A stretch of DNA of 63,257 bases, filler included, from Globobulimina sp. (Eukaryota): NCBI GenBank assembly GCA_003354225.1. It is 50 parts of 50 records of this genome, joined end to end, with 100 filler letters (N's around TTAATTAATTAA, not from the genome) between each part and the next. Parts side by side here need not be neighbours in the genome. Positions count along the whole stretch, not along the records: positions 1 to 1,168 come from PIVH01021825.1; positions 1,269 to 2,436 come from PIVH01021826.1; positions 2,537 to 3,704 come from PIVH01021827.1; positions 3,805 to 4,972 come from PIVH01021828.1; positions 5,073 to 6,240 come from PIVH01021829.1; positions 6,341 to 7,508 come from PIVH01021830.1; positions 7,609 to 8,776 come from PIVH01021831.1; positions 8,877 to 10,044 come from PIVH01021832.1; 42 more parts are not named here. One strand, written 5' to 3'. Both the position numbers and the translations under genes were made by a program. The notes under the pieces are model-generated. The model saw nothing but the letters and a program-made list of their open reading frames with translations, was not told the DNA's origin and ran no database searches. Of the stretch, positions 1 through 11,412 are shown in pieces. The stretch's first letter is position 1, and each line of letters begins with the position of its first letter.

Positions 1-1168
1 CTTTGATCTTGTCATTGTTCGTAAATATAAGATAATATTCGTTGGCTTTATCATATTTTTTAAACCGAAAAGACAATGTTAATAATTCTGAACACACATC
101 CGATCCTATAATTAATTCTGAAATTTCCTGAAATCTCTCATTTAAAACATCATTATCCATACGATTTTTGCTCTGAGTGTTGCCATTCTGTTCCAATAAA
201 ATGTATTTTCTAAAAAATGCATCCGAAACACTCATCCTTTGCACCAAACTCATATTTTTAGCATTGCAGCATGCTTTTAATAGAGCGCTGAATAAATCAC
301 TCTCAATTTCTAACTTCTTATCTTTTAAAACCGTATTAAATAATTTTAAACAGCGCGATAAATTAATTCCGTTCTTATAATTTTGCAAATATTTACTGTC
401 CACACATTCCAAATCGCGGTATAACTTATTAAAATGGTCCCATTTGGTGCCAATTATGGATAATAAAACCGCATAATGCTTTGTATGCGCTCTTATCTTA
501 TATTCTGTCCTCATTTTAGACATTAATATTTCTGCTGATTTGTATCTCGGCGGCGAACTATTTTTGTACGATGACAATAAAAAAAACATTGTATTCTCAT
601 CAGGCAATATGCTAAATTCTGTAGTCATCATTTTAAACAATAGCGAGGTCTGAAAATCATTAAATTTGGAATAATTTGCGATGAATACATTAAACAATGA
701 ATAGGTCGGTCTTTCTGCAATTTTACCTTTGCGGAAATCATTTAAATATTCATTCCAAAGTTGTTTTGTTAATATCACATCGCCGTTGATAATATTTAAC
801 ATTTCTATTAATGTTTTATTTCGAATTTGTAAGTTTGACAGCTTTAATTCTTTGTAAATCGACATCATTTTATGAATTCTACCAAGAAAACCAAATTGTA
901 ATAATAACTCCGTATATAAATCCAAATGAAATAAAGTGTTTTTAATGTCAGCATTTTCTGACTTATTCAATGATGTTATTTCATCATAAATGGCATTTAA
1001 TTCGTTGCATTGTGTATCAATTAGCTGTTTAGATGGTAATTGTGAGTGTTTTTCAATATTAATTATTTGCATAATATTTAAATTTGTAATACGTGTTAGA
1101 TAATGTTTTATTTTTTTTTTGTTGACGGTTATATTTGGTAAATGTTTCTCAATTTTTTTTATTTTCGG
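1..1168 (-). CDS. PPR-like helical repeat protein, internal fragment
   Basis: Minus-strand frame open across the contig (absent from the ORF track because it runs off the window). It reads PTYSLFNVFIANYSKFNDFQTSLLFKMMTTEFSILPDENTMFFLLSSY...MRTEYKIRAHTKHYAVLLSIIG, a P-type PPR pattern. Confidence 0.65.
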
Positions 1169-1268
1169 NNNNNNNNNNNNNNNNNNNNNNNNNNNNNNNN
1201 NNNNNNNNNNNNTTAATTAATTAANNNNNNNNNNNNNNNNNNNNNNNNNNNNNNNNNNNNNNNNNNNN
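1169..1268. other. Artificial contig-joining spacer N44-TTAATTAATTAA-N44 (first of 49 copies, recurring every 1266-1268 bp)
   Basis: Identical 100-nt spacer between all fragments; TTAATTAATTAA gives stops in all six frames and causes the spurious '...XXXLIN' ORF ends. Confidence 0.99.
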
Positions 1269-2165
1269 CCGAGGCGCCGCCCAATTCTTCTTTGGTTACG
1301 TCTTCGTAGGTCACCGCCTTCACCACTTCTGGACCCTGACATGAATTTTTATCATACAGTTTCAAACTGAAATTAATTATGATTTGAAACTGAAAAGTGC
1401 GCTTTTGCAGTTTCAAACTAAAATATTTCAGTTTCAAACTGGAAAAGCAGCCAATATTTCAGTTTGAAACTGAAAATATTTATCCTTGCACTCAATGGTA
1501 TATATAATATATGTGTATAATGTGATAACTGTCAAGAACATATACGATGTTTGTTTGACCATAAATGTCCAATCGGTGAGAGCCGGCGAATAAACTGCAC
1601 CGCCGGCAGAGGGACCGCAGATGACAGTGATTTGTGGGATGACTCCAGACGCCATGACATTGCGTAAGAATATATCGGAATAGCCACGTAATGCAGAAAC
1701 GCCTTCTTGTATTCTGGCACCGCCACTATCATTGATGCCAATGACAGGCACTTTTAATCGCATTCCCATGTCTAATATCTTACAGATTTTAGCGGCATTG
1801 GATTCCGATAATGAGCCGCCGTGAACAGTAAAATCCTGCGAATATACTAATACCGGACGGCCAGAGATTTGTCCTTTGCCCGCAACTACGCCATCGCCCC
1901 AAAAATGTTTATTTTCCATTCCAAAATCATGACATTGGTGGGATACTAAACTGCCAATCTCTTGAAATGAAGCATTGTCCAATAATAAATCTAAACGTTC
2001 GCGGGCGGTTAGCTTATTTTTTGCATGTTGGTTGTCAATGGCTTTGAGTCCACCGCCCAATTTTGATGCACGGGAATATTCTTCCCATTTGGGAGCAAAT
2101 GCTTTGGCTGAGAACGTACGTGCGGACCGGTATAGGCAAGGACTGTACCGTGACAGAAAAGACAT
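1269..2165 (-). CDS. PCCB: Propionyl-CoA carboxylase beta chain, mitochondrial, 5' part; exons 2165-1530 and 1335-1269, intron 1336-1529
   Basis: N-terminal presequence-like [19 protein letters not shown]; motifs [43 protein letters not shown]. Splicing GTTATC...TCAG restores [25 protein letters not shown]. Confidence 0.95.
1357..1480. repeat. Array of five palindromic CAGTTT(C/G)AAACTG units inside the PCCB intron
   Basis: Copies at about 1357, 1383 (partial), 1408, 1429 and 1460, separated by short unrelated spacers. Confidence 0.85.
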
Positions 2166-2536
2166 GATGCGTTTACTAAAGATCTCACTTCGTAGAAAAC
2201 ATTGATAAATGTTAAAAAAAAACAGTCAATGTGTTGTTACTTTTTTTATATTAATCCTATTAATTATAGAAAATAATAACTCAAAAATATACAAAATAAT
2301 AATTAATCATTTATCTTGGCATCATATACAACTTTCGCACCATCATCATTTTTATTCTTTTTTTGAACCATAGTGATTATAACATCCTTTTTCCTGTCTT
2401 TTCCTTCTTGAATAACTGTCGCAATTTTTTTTAACANNNNNNNNNNNNNNNNNNNNNNNNNNNNNNNNNNNNNNNNNNNNTTAATTAATTAANNNNNNNN
2501 NNNNNNNNNNNNNNNNNNNNNNNNNNNNNNNNNNNN

Positions 2537-3656
2537 ATGTATCCCCTTCGTGTCCTGATAACACCTCCTTTTCTTTCAAATAATTTGCTATCGGTTTAAA
2601 TGTAATCGAACACGCATTTTCTTCGTTATTTACTTCCGTTTGTTTGCTATCATCATTTGCAATGTCTGTCGTTACAAAATGTTTAATATTATTCATATAT
2701 TCACCAAAATTGATATCTTTATTATCTGCAAACGATTCAACAAAGTCAGCATTTCTCAACTCATCGATTGAGCACTTTTTTCGACACATTGGACAGTCTG
2801 AATTTGTATCCAATGCTTGTTTGATACAGTCACCGCAGAAACTGTGGCCACATTCTGTTTGTAATGCATTTCTCATTGGATTTTCGTAACAAATCGGACA
2901 ATCTTTTGCTGTTTTTGTCTCTGATGCATTTACTTCGCTTTCTTGATTAAAATTAAATTTATCCGCTCCAAAATTAAACTCATTTTCATTTTGATTATTA
3001 CCCCACGAAATATTTGCAAATCCATCGCCATTCTCACCAAAAGAAAAAGAAAATGGAGCTTCTGGGACCTGCACCGATTCGTTCTCTTCATTTGCCGCTT
3101 TCACTTGAATTATTTCGACGGACTTATCCTTGGCATTTCCCATATTGCCACTTTCTTTATTATTAACCATAGCACTTTGAAACTGTTCGAAAAACGCTTT
3201 CGCCGCAGTTTTATCCTCAAACTTAATGCAAAAGGAAGAAAGCGGAGCATCTAAAGTGCCATCACTGCCATTCCATGAATACACTTTTTCTGATTTTAAA
3301 TGTATTTTTGCAATTTCGTTACTTGACGGAACATAATGATTCATTCGCAATTTATTCGTCTCATTCTCCCGAACAACCATTCGAATCTTATTATTTTCTG
3401 TCGATTTATAAAAACATACTTTGCTTTGTCGAGCTCTTTCTTTCCAACATCGGACACTGACCACATCGAAACCGAATACATACAATACGCCAAATGCTAT
3501 TTCTTTGATTAATATTTCCTTTTCGTGGCCACTCGGCACGCTCTGCTCAGATAAATTGACAATAGCTTTAAATGGCAAATCCTTACAATTTTCCTCTTCA
3601 TTAACATTGGCGATAATTTTTTCAACGGATTCCACTTTTTGTGCCTCACTTTGCAT
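2537..3656 (-). CDS. Ran-binding domain + C3HC4 RING finger + start of a second Ran-binding domain (3' truncated)
   Basis: RanBD: FKAIVNL..VPSGHEKE...WKERA...KIRMVVRENETNKLRMNHYV...SEKVYSW...FCIKFEDK. RING: CPIC...CGHSFCGDC...CPMCR. The end, TFKPIANYLKEKEVLSGHEGD, repeats the RanBD entry motif. Confidence 0.85.
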
Positions 3657-4122
3657 CCAATTAATATTCGCAAACGGCGAGTCTTGCTTATTCTTAATAT
3701 CGTCNNNNNNNNNNNNNNNNNNNNNNNNNNNNNNNNNNNNNNNNNNNNTTAATTAATTAANNNNNNNNNNNNNNNNNNNNNNNNNNNNNNNNNNNNNNNN
3801 NNNNCAGCGTCACCGGTTGTTGAAATCCTGTAAGAGCATGATTTTGACCCTACAATTGATAATCATTCGTCTCCGTTTAATTAAAACACTGTACGTTGTG
3901 AAGCCTCATGAATATTCTCAAGAATTAGACAGCGACGAAACGATGTCATAAACCTGTTGGACAGACAGAAACGAATATGTATGGAATGAGGATACAGAAA
4001 CATCTGAACCATCCAGATTAATGGAACAAAATTAATGGGATTTCATTTCATTATATTATAAAGTTTCATAATTATGAGTAGTTATACACAGTTATTATGA
4101 TTATGAGTAGTTGTGAATAGTT

Positions 4123-4972
4123 ATGTGGCGGTTGTCTACCTCTTATAGGCTCCTCATGCAATTCCCAACACGTTGCCCAACACCGCCAACATCAAACCCA
4201 GCACCTATTTCTAATCAATATCCAGCGATCAACACACCAAACGAAGTCTTATTACCGTTGAATGATTCCGATTGGGAGTTATTTTCCAAACTGCGTGTAA
4301 AATATGGCAATCGATTAAATGTGTTATACCCCGATGATTTGACTCGTTTTGCCCAAGGATATTGTCATGAGACTGACAGAGAGACAGAAACATTTAAGCA
4401 CATCGATGGATTATTAAAACGTGGATTTTCTACGGATGAATATGAAAATGAATGGGATTTCCAACATATTTTAGATGAACAGATGGCTGATAATGAAGAA
4501 GAAGAATGTTTGAAAGTATGGCCAGTATTTATGTATGGCTACGACAAGGAGGGTCATCCAATAATGTATGACGAGATTGGCTGTTCAAACCCGGATGATT
4601 TGGATGCTTGTTTTGATGGAGAAATGAGAAAACTGCGTACGTTCAGGTTCAGAGTTTTGCGACGTTTGCATAATACGAAGAGAATACAAAATATGCGATA
4701 TGGCTATGATGGATCGGTCAATGAGGTGGGAGGCTTTAATTGCATTACGAAGCAATGCGTGGTGATGAATATGAAGAATTTCTATGCCAAAGCATTGACT
4801 GCAAAGTATAGGAATTTGGTGCGAGATATTGTGAGCGATGAAAGTAATTTGTGGCCAAATACTTTGGAGAAGATGTATATTGTGAACGTGCCATGGGCTT
4901 TCCGGTTGGCTTGGAAACTTTTGTCAACATTTGTGCATCCGAAAACCGCGGAAAAGATGGCGATGACGATCA
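4123..4972 (+). CDS. CRAL-TRIO (Sec14-like) lipid-binding protein, 3' truncated
   Basis: YGYDKEGHPIMY and WPNTLEKMYIVNVPWAFRLAWKLLSTFVHPKTAEKM match Sec14 motifs. Confidence 0.9.
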
Positions 4973-5205
4973 NNNNNNNNNNNNNNNNNNNNNNNNNNNN
5001 NNNNNNNNNNNNNNNNTTAATTAATTAANNNNNNNNNNNNNNNNNNNNNNNNNNNNNNNNNNNNNNNNNNNNCCACAAAGCAAAAATCACAAAGAACATT
5101 CACGGAAAAGAAAAATAACGTATAGATAAATTAATTTTGGACACTCACTTAGTTAAATTAATTAATATTATTGTGCAAGGATAAGATAACAAGTTAATAT
5201 TAAAA

Positions 5206-5886
5206 TCATTTTGTGCGCAAACAAATTATTCCAAATACAATTGAATATACAAATGCAATTATAGCCGACCAAAATGTGAAAAGCACAATTGTAATAAGTG
5301 GTACTTGATCAACATCAGTCATATAAACAATTGTTTTGTCGACTGATGCTATTTTGTATGGAATAATATTTTGTTCTCCAAATTCTTTTCCCATATTAAT
5401 CATATCTCTTCGTGAGCGATAACGAACAATTGCAATGATATCAAATTCAAAATTATTATCGAATTTAATGTCAATTGATTTTGATACTAAGAATGGCAGT
5501 TTGGTTGGGTTTGTAATAAAAAATGGAAAACTAAATCGTTTAAATAATAATGGCATTACTCTTTTGGTGTAACAAAATGACGCAGCTTCAGCTGATTTAT
5601 CACAGCCTTCTTCGACATCAAAATCCGTTGGATATAAATTCTTGTTCGATGTTCTTTTCTTTATAAAATTCACAGCATATATTTCTTTTCCATTGTCTGG
5701 TTTGGATAATAAAACGTCACATATTTGAAATTGTTCTGATTCTGTTTTAAAAAGTGTTTTATTACAAGCTGGTGATGATAGTATTTCTTGTTTGGTTAAA
5801 GGTGGTAATTGGTTGAAATAAAAATAATAAAATACAGCCATTATAATGGAGTATCCTGCTAACCATTTTAATAAGCAGTTGCCCAT
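5206..5886 (-). CDS. Membrane-anchored hypothetical protein with a DUF1330-like IVRYRSRRDM motif
   Basis: Complete intronless 226-aa ORF with hydrophobic N- and C-termini. YAVNFIK and FDIIAIVRYRSRRDM...KIASVDKT recall bacterial DUF1330-like dimeric barrel proteins (from memory, not searched). Confidence 0.55.
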   Translation of the reverse strand: MGNCLLKWLAGYSIIMAVFYYFYFNQLPPLTKQEILSSPACNKTLFKTESEQFQICDVLLSKPDNGKEIYAVNFIKKRTSNKNLYPTDFDVEEGCDKSAEAASFCYTKRVMPLLFKRFSFPFFITNPTKLPFLVSKSIDIKFDNNFEFDIIAIVRYRSRRDMINMGKEFGEQNIIPYKIASVDKTIVYMTDVDQVPLITIVLFTFWSAIIAFVYSIVFGIICLRTK

Positions 5887-6637
5887 GTTTTTTTGAAAAA
5901 ATCAGCTCAAAATTTACTCTAGTGCTGTAGTGCTGAATCTTTTGTCTTTTCAGAATACTTTATTGTGCCTTCAGTGGTTGGTTCATTATTATAGGTTTCA
6001 TGACGCACCTGTGGAGCTTTTATTTAATTGTCATTATCAATTGTAGTCATACGTATAGTATATGTTATGATGATGAACATGGTTGCAAAGATTCCGTTTA
6101 TGAAATGAGGTATTTGAGCTATTTCACACATTATTTATATAATTGAAGTGCACCGCAGCAGAATATTATTACACAGATTTCAACCAAACATTGACTCAAG
6201 CAATATTCAAGATTCTAATCTCAAATATAGACACACCATANNNNNNNNNNNNNNNNNNNNNNNNNNNNNNNNNNNNNNNNNNNNTTAATTAATTAANNNN
6301 NNNNNNNNNNNNNNNNNNNNNNNNNNNNNNNNNNNNNNNNCTGTTAGGATAGTGTGTTAATTTGTTATTTTATGCAGAATCACATGGTAGTCATCACATC
6401 ATAGAAGTTTCGTTTGATATCTTTTCATATCCCATTAGCATTTTGATACTTCAATAAAATATGCTCCATCAATAAAAATATTACGGAAAATGTATAACAT
6501 TTTACGCGGGAAAACAATGGAAACCGAAAAATTGCCGTCCGAAAGCAAGAAAACACATAAAATATTTGGCGTGAGACTGTAAAAAGTCGACATCTAGAAG
6601 CAAAAACTATAGGCCAATCGATCATGACAATACTACT

Positions 6638-7170
6638 TTGTGTGGTCTCAAAGCTAATCGATTATAGCTAAAATAATTGACTTATTTCGCATATTAAGAG
6701 ATACGATATCTGTAAGAGATGCTCATTTCACTTAGTATTTGTTGTGTTGTCTCAAAGCTAATCGATCATCAGTAAATTAAGAGATATCATATCTGTATTT
6801 CATATCATAGATGATCATTTCAAATAGTCATATGGATGTTAGGTCCGAAAACTAACGGTAGTGCATATCTGTGTCATAGATCTAAAGTGGAAACTAAAAC
6901 TTGGTAGCTAAGTTAATGATGATTAATATGATATCTTTAATGTTACGAACAGATCACACAAATTAGATATGTGATCTGAAAACTAAATGATTATCGTAAA
7001 TTAATTAAATTATGTCGCTTATTAAGAGTCTCAATACGTATTTAGAGTACCTATTAAGAGATATGATATCTGTAGAGATGCTGATTGCAATTAGTAATGA
7101 TACTGTTGTCTACAGATTCTAGCTACATTAATTAACTTATGTCGCTTATTAAGAGATACGATATCTTTAA
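6638..7170. repeat. Degenerate tandem repeat, unit about 100-110 bp
   Basis: ATTAAGAGATAYSATATCT at about 6693, 6776, 7053 and 7148; TGTNGTCTCAAAGCTAATCGAT at 6641 and 6745; TTATGTCGCTTATTAAGAG at about 7010 and 7137. No long ORF. Confidence 0.75.
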
Positions 7171-7608
7171 AATACTCCGTCCTGCAGTTCCACCAGTAAG
7201 ACTTTATATTTTTATATGTATATGTAAATATGTATGCCAGTGATAACATTACAGGTATTAGTAATTCTTTCGCTTTTCACTTTTTACTCTTGATTTTTAC
7301 TCTCTCTTTTTGTTGTGTAAGGTAAAGCCAAGCATGTTTTATATGTAAATTTAGAGTGTTTATTTGTGTAAAGTTATTGTAACGCCAAGTATGACATTCA
7401 TTGTTTTTGTAAATTCCATGATTTCTGTTTTTTTGAAAAATTAGCCAAATTTTGGCTATGTTTTTTCTAAAAATAAAAGTGATTTTTTCACAAATTCAAA
7501 TCGAAAAANNNNNNNNNNNNNNNNNNNNNNNNNNNNNNNNNNNNNNNNNNNNTTAATTAATTAANNNNNNNNNNNNNNNNNNNNNNNNNNNNNNNNNNNN
7601 NNNNNNNN

Positions 7609-8713
7609 ATGTTTTTTTCACAGTTTTTATTTTCCATTGATGTATACCTGAATTAAAATTTGTGTTTGTGCTCACTACCCCATAACCACAGTGACCTTTG
7701 CCTTTTACAACAGTGCCATTCTCTGTGATATCAAAATAATTTGTTTTTGCACAAAGATCAAATACAAATTCATCAACATCTGCATTATTATAATTATTAG
7801 GATTATATTTTAAGTTCCATTCACTTGTTTTGTTACCGCAACTAATCATAAAATTAGAATTAATATGATTTTGAAATGATTGTTCATTGAATGTTAATGC
7901 CACTTTGTCTGCAACCACGCATTGCATACCAATCATTTTAAAATGTGGAGCAGCGCCATCGTTGTCATACTCTTTTTTTTCATCATCATTTTGTCCGATA
8001 ACATTGATATGTTTCATTGATAATAAACCTTGCATTTGATTCATCCTTTTTGTTGATGTAATATTCAAATCGACGGCAATATCATCAAATTCTTGTTTCT
8101 TGTTTTTAAATATTGCATTCAATGAGTTTAATTGTTGTAATTTATCGTTATATAGTTTCTGATGTTGTTGTTTGATTGAATCAATTTTATTTAATAATTC
8201 ATTTCTTTTTGAATTAATAAATGTGACCATTTTATCAGCATTATCGTTTACATCCTGTTGTCTTTGCTTCGCGCTCTCATTAAATTCTGTATATAATTAA
8301 ATTACATTGTAATTGACGTCGTAGAGAAAATATATAATTATACACAAATGGACAAACATCATACCATCAAAGGATTTTTTAATATGTTGAATATCCTTTG
8401 ATAAACTATCAAATCTCTCATTTAATTCATTCAAAATATTCTTTTCATCATCACCTAAAAAATGAACTTGCGGTGGTGTTTGTAGAGGATTTGGTACTTT
8501 TGATTTCCACGAATCTTCCAATTTACATGCATCCATAAACGAAATATTGTCACCTAAGCCAGTTAACAATTTATCAAATTGTTTCTGTGATTTTATATAT
8601 TTAAAATCATTCGGTGTTTTGATTCCTTTTGTCTGCAACAGTTTTGCCAAATTTTGCAAATCCCATGTTGCCAACCACTCGCTCAGTTCATCAAGACCCT
8701 CATTCGTTGCCAT
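7609..8713 (-). CDS. SAM-like + coiled-coil + SPRY-like domain protein, 3' truncated; intron 8287-8364
   Basis: LDELSEWLATWDLQNLAKLLQTKGI (SAM-like). GTATGA...TACAG intron joins the two ORFs in frame. C-terminal STNTNFNSGIHQWKIK resembles the start of a SPRY domain. Confidence 0.7.
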
Positions 8714-8876
8714 GTTGGTACACAGCAAAGACCGCTCTTGTGTGGTGTGTGTTCTGTCTGCTCTTGTTTGTGGGGGNNNNNNNNNNNNNNNNNNNNNNNN
8801 NNNNNNNNNNNNNNNNNNNNTTAATTAATTAANNNNNNNNNNNNNNNNNNNNNNNNNNNNNNNNNNNNNNNNNNNN

Positions 8877-9812
8877 GCAAATTGGACGCATAGATATTGC
8901 ATATTGACGGGCGAGCCAGTGACATTGCGATGTTTTGTAGAGCGTAATAAGAAAGAAACGCATTGTATAAAGTTTAAAGATGTGAAATCATGCATTGAAT
9001 TGAAGAAGAATAGTGATAAATTTGGTCATTTAGAGATTCCGACTGCATTTGCGTTTCAATTGATAACTTCCAGCAGAATATACACATTTGCTTGTAAGTC
9101 TCGCCATGATATGAATGTATGGCTGAAGAAAATACGCAAAGTGGTGGATGTGTCATCCAGTGCAAACACTGCCAGATATACGAAACGGTCATCCATTGTT
9201 AAATTTGGCTCTACTTTAAACAAATTGGGCACTTCATTTGGTCGATTAATTGGTGTGACCCAAGAACATGTGACCACTACGGAAGTATTAAAAACGGAAA
9301 ATGTACAAATACAGAAGGATAATACAAACAGCAACAAAGGGAATACGCAGTCTAATTTATCGCCATTGAGAGAATGGAATAATATTAGTGTGGATGCAAT
9401 GGGTATTGGTATTGATGGAATATCTGCGAATAGAAGAGCATCATTGCCTGTATTATCTAATTGGAATTCGGATACAATGATAAATAATCCTGTTGATAAC
9501 CATAAGCAGAGCCATAATAAGAAAGGACGACGGAAATCAGCACCGGATTTACGGTCATTAAAAAACCCGCAATATATGAGGGATTTAGTGAGTTTGGAAA
9601 ACGAATTTAAGGATAATATGCGTATAAGCGATGATGAAATGAATGCAAATGATTTTAAACGAAGAAACTCGTGGGATAGAAATAACAACAACGGCAACAC
9701 CGACAGCAAATCATCAATAAATGCAAATATTGCAGCTGTTTTACAAGGTGAAAAAAATGAAAATAGCAATGATTCAGAAGATGAAGAAGAGCTTAGTTCC
9801 ATGGATACATAA
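8877..9812 (+). CDS. PH-domain protein, C-terminal part
   Basis: FAFQLITSSRIYTFACKSRHDMNVWLKKIRKV is a PH C-terminal strand-helix with the invariant Trp, followed by a disordered tail. Confidence 0.8.
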   Translation, partial: ANWTHRYCILTGEPVTLRCFVERNKKETHCIKFKDVKSCIELKKNSDKFGHLEIPTAFAFQLITSSRIYTFACKSRHDMNVWLKKIRKVVDVSSSANTARYTKRSSIVKFGSTLNKLGTSFGRLIGVTQEHVTTTEVLKTENVQIQKDNTNSNKGNTQSNLSPLREWNNISVDAMGIGIDGISANRRASLPVLSNWNSDTMINNPVDNHKQSHNKKGRRKSAPDLRSLKNPQYMRDLVSLENEFKDNMRISDDEMNANDFKRRNSWDRNNNNGNTDSKSSINANIAAVLQGEKNENSNDSEDEEELSSMDT

Positions 9813-10219
9813 ACGATGTATTATATGCAAATTACGTTGAATGCATTGTAACTGATTTAATTTTTGTAATTAATATTTTATGGTAAATAAATGTATTTAA
9901 TGACTGTTTTGAGTACTTTTGACTATCGAATATTTGAAAGTTTTTTTTGTGTTTTTTTTTTTGTTTTTTTATTTTATTGATGTTAAAAAACAAAACCTGG
10001 AATAATTGTCGGTAAGTATAAAATGTAAGAAAGCCAGGTGGGCTNNNNNNNNNNNNNNNNNNNNNNNNNNNNNNNNNNNNNNNNNNNNTTAATTAATTAA
10101 NNNNNNNNNNNNNNNNNNNNNNNNNNNNNNNNNNNNNNNNNNNNTTGAAAAACGTTGTAATTAAAAATGAAAATATAAACAATAGCAATATTGGCTAAAA
10201 GTATATAATTTAAATTAAA

Positions 10220-11239
10220 TTAAATCATTGATGCAATAATACGATCAACATTAATTTTCCAATGCTGTTCAGCTTCAAATAAATGAAGAAATTCAATACA
10301 AATCCAATGACAAATAAATTGAATAATATAATACGGCATACACTGGATATTATTAAATTCTTTTAACTGATAACATTTCTTTACGTATCCAGAAACTAAT
10401 AATTCTTCGTCGCAATCGTTATTTATACATAATCCATTAAAGATTGCTTTATTTGGACATTTTACCGTACATTGTTTAAATTGCTTCTTTTTAATATCAA
10501 ATATTGAGATAGCGTCATTATACGCAAACAAATAATCGCCGCCCAAAACGATAATAAATTCAGTATTTTTTGTTGTGATCATAGCACATCGATATATCAA
10601 TGGCGATGTTTGTGTAGAAACGCTTGTTTGATTCCATTTTTTTTCGCATATTGAATATTGAGCAATTTTCCATTGAAAATTCTGCACAGTAAATAATAAA
10701 ATGCAATTTTTGTATTTGTTATATAATATCGATTGAATCCATACTCTGTCACCAAATATACAAACTTCTATTAATAATTTGCTATTTGTATCATACACAA
10801 AATGTGTATTCTCTCGTCCAGCAACAATATGTAACTCATTGTTTACGAAAACCATTTTTTGATAGGATTCAGTTGGACAACATAACGAATTTGATGTTGA
10901 AAACGAATCAAGCTTTATATTGAATAATAATTGAATTGTTTTATGTTTTAAATTAATTTTAAATAGGTTTCCAATGCTATTATATACAAATATTGATTGT
11001 GTTTCTTTATCAAATACAATATAACCCGCAACACAATAAAAATCTGATGGATAATCAAAGATTTTAGTATACAGATCCTGTTTTACATTGTATTTGTAAA
11101 TACCATTGTCATTAATATCCGTGGAAAACAATGATTTCATTGGAACAAGCAAAAATGTCGAATCATTCATTGGTGTCACGTTGAAATGAGAAAATGAAGC
11201 AGGTTTCATCTTGTTCCAGCTGTTTAAAATTGACATCAT
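10220..11239 (-). CDS. Kelch-like beta-propeller protein
   Basis: Beta-rich blades (ELHIVAG, FIIVLGGD...ISIFDI) and C-terminal ELLVSGYVKKC...MPYYIIQFICHW...HWKINVDRII. Start codon uncertain (11239 or 11293). Confidence 0.7.
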   Translation of the reverse strand: MMSILNSWNKMKPASFSHFNVTPMNDSTFLLVPMKSLFSTDINDNGIYKYNVKQDLYTKIFDYPSDFYCVAGYIVFDKETQSIFVYNSIGNLFKINLKHKTIQLLFNIKLDSFSTSNSLCCPTESYQKMVFVNNELHIVAGRENTHFVYDTNSKLLIEVCIFGDRVWIQSILYNKYKNCILLFTVQNFQWKIAQYSICEKKWNQTSVSTQTSPLIYRCAMITTKNTEFIIVLGGDYLFAYNDAISIFDIKKKQFKQCTVKCPNKAIFNGLCINNDCDEELLVSGYVKKCYQLKEFNNIQCMPYYIIQFICHWICIEFLHLFEAEQHWKINVDRIIASMI

Positions 11240-11412
11240 GCCAAGAGTAGTTGATGTTTTTGAAAAGTTGTTTTGACGTTTTTTTAAGAGCATCCGGTTT
11301 TCGGCGTCAGAGNNNNNNNNNNNNNNNNNNNNNNNNNNNNNNNNNNNNNNNNNNNNTTAATTAATTAANNNNNNNNNNNNNNNNNNNNNNNNNNNNNNNN
11401 NNNNNNNNNNNN

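Noticed and set aside
1..1168. Possible alternative genetic code because the ORF track shows no long ORF
   Set aside because: The minus frame is open under the standard code and simply runs off the window; other genes end at TAA/TGA normally.
1357..1480. CRISPR-like repeat-spacer look of the palindrome array
   Set aside because: 13-bp repeats, short irregular spacers, inside a spliceosomal intron, no cas genes.
9056..9802. Long antisense ORFs (also 13115-13468, 40516-40974, 41970-42596, 51227-51863)
   Set aside because: Shadows of genuine opposite-strand genes, with S/L/F-rich composition.
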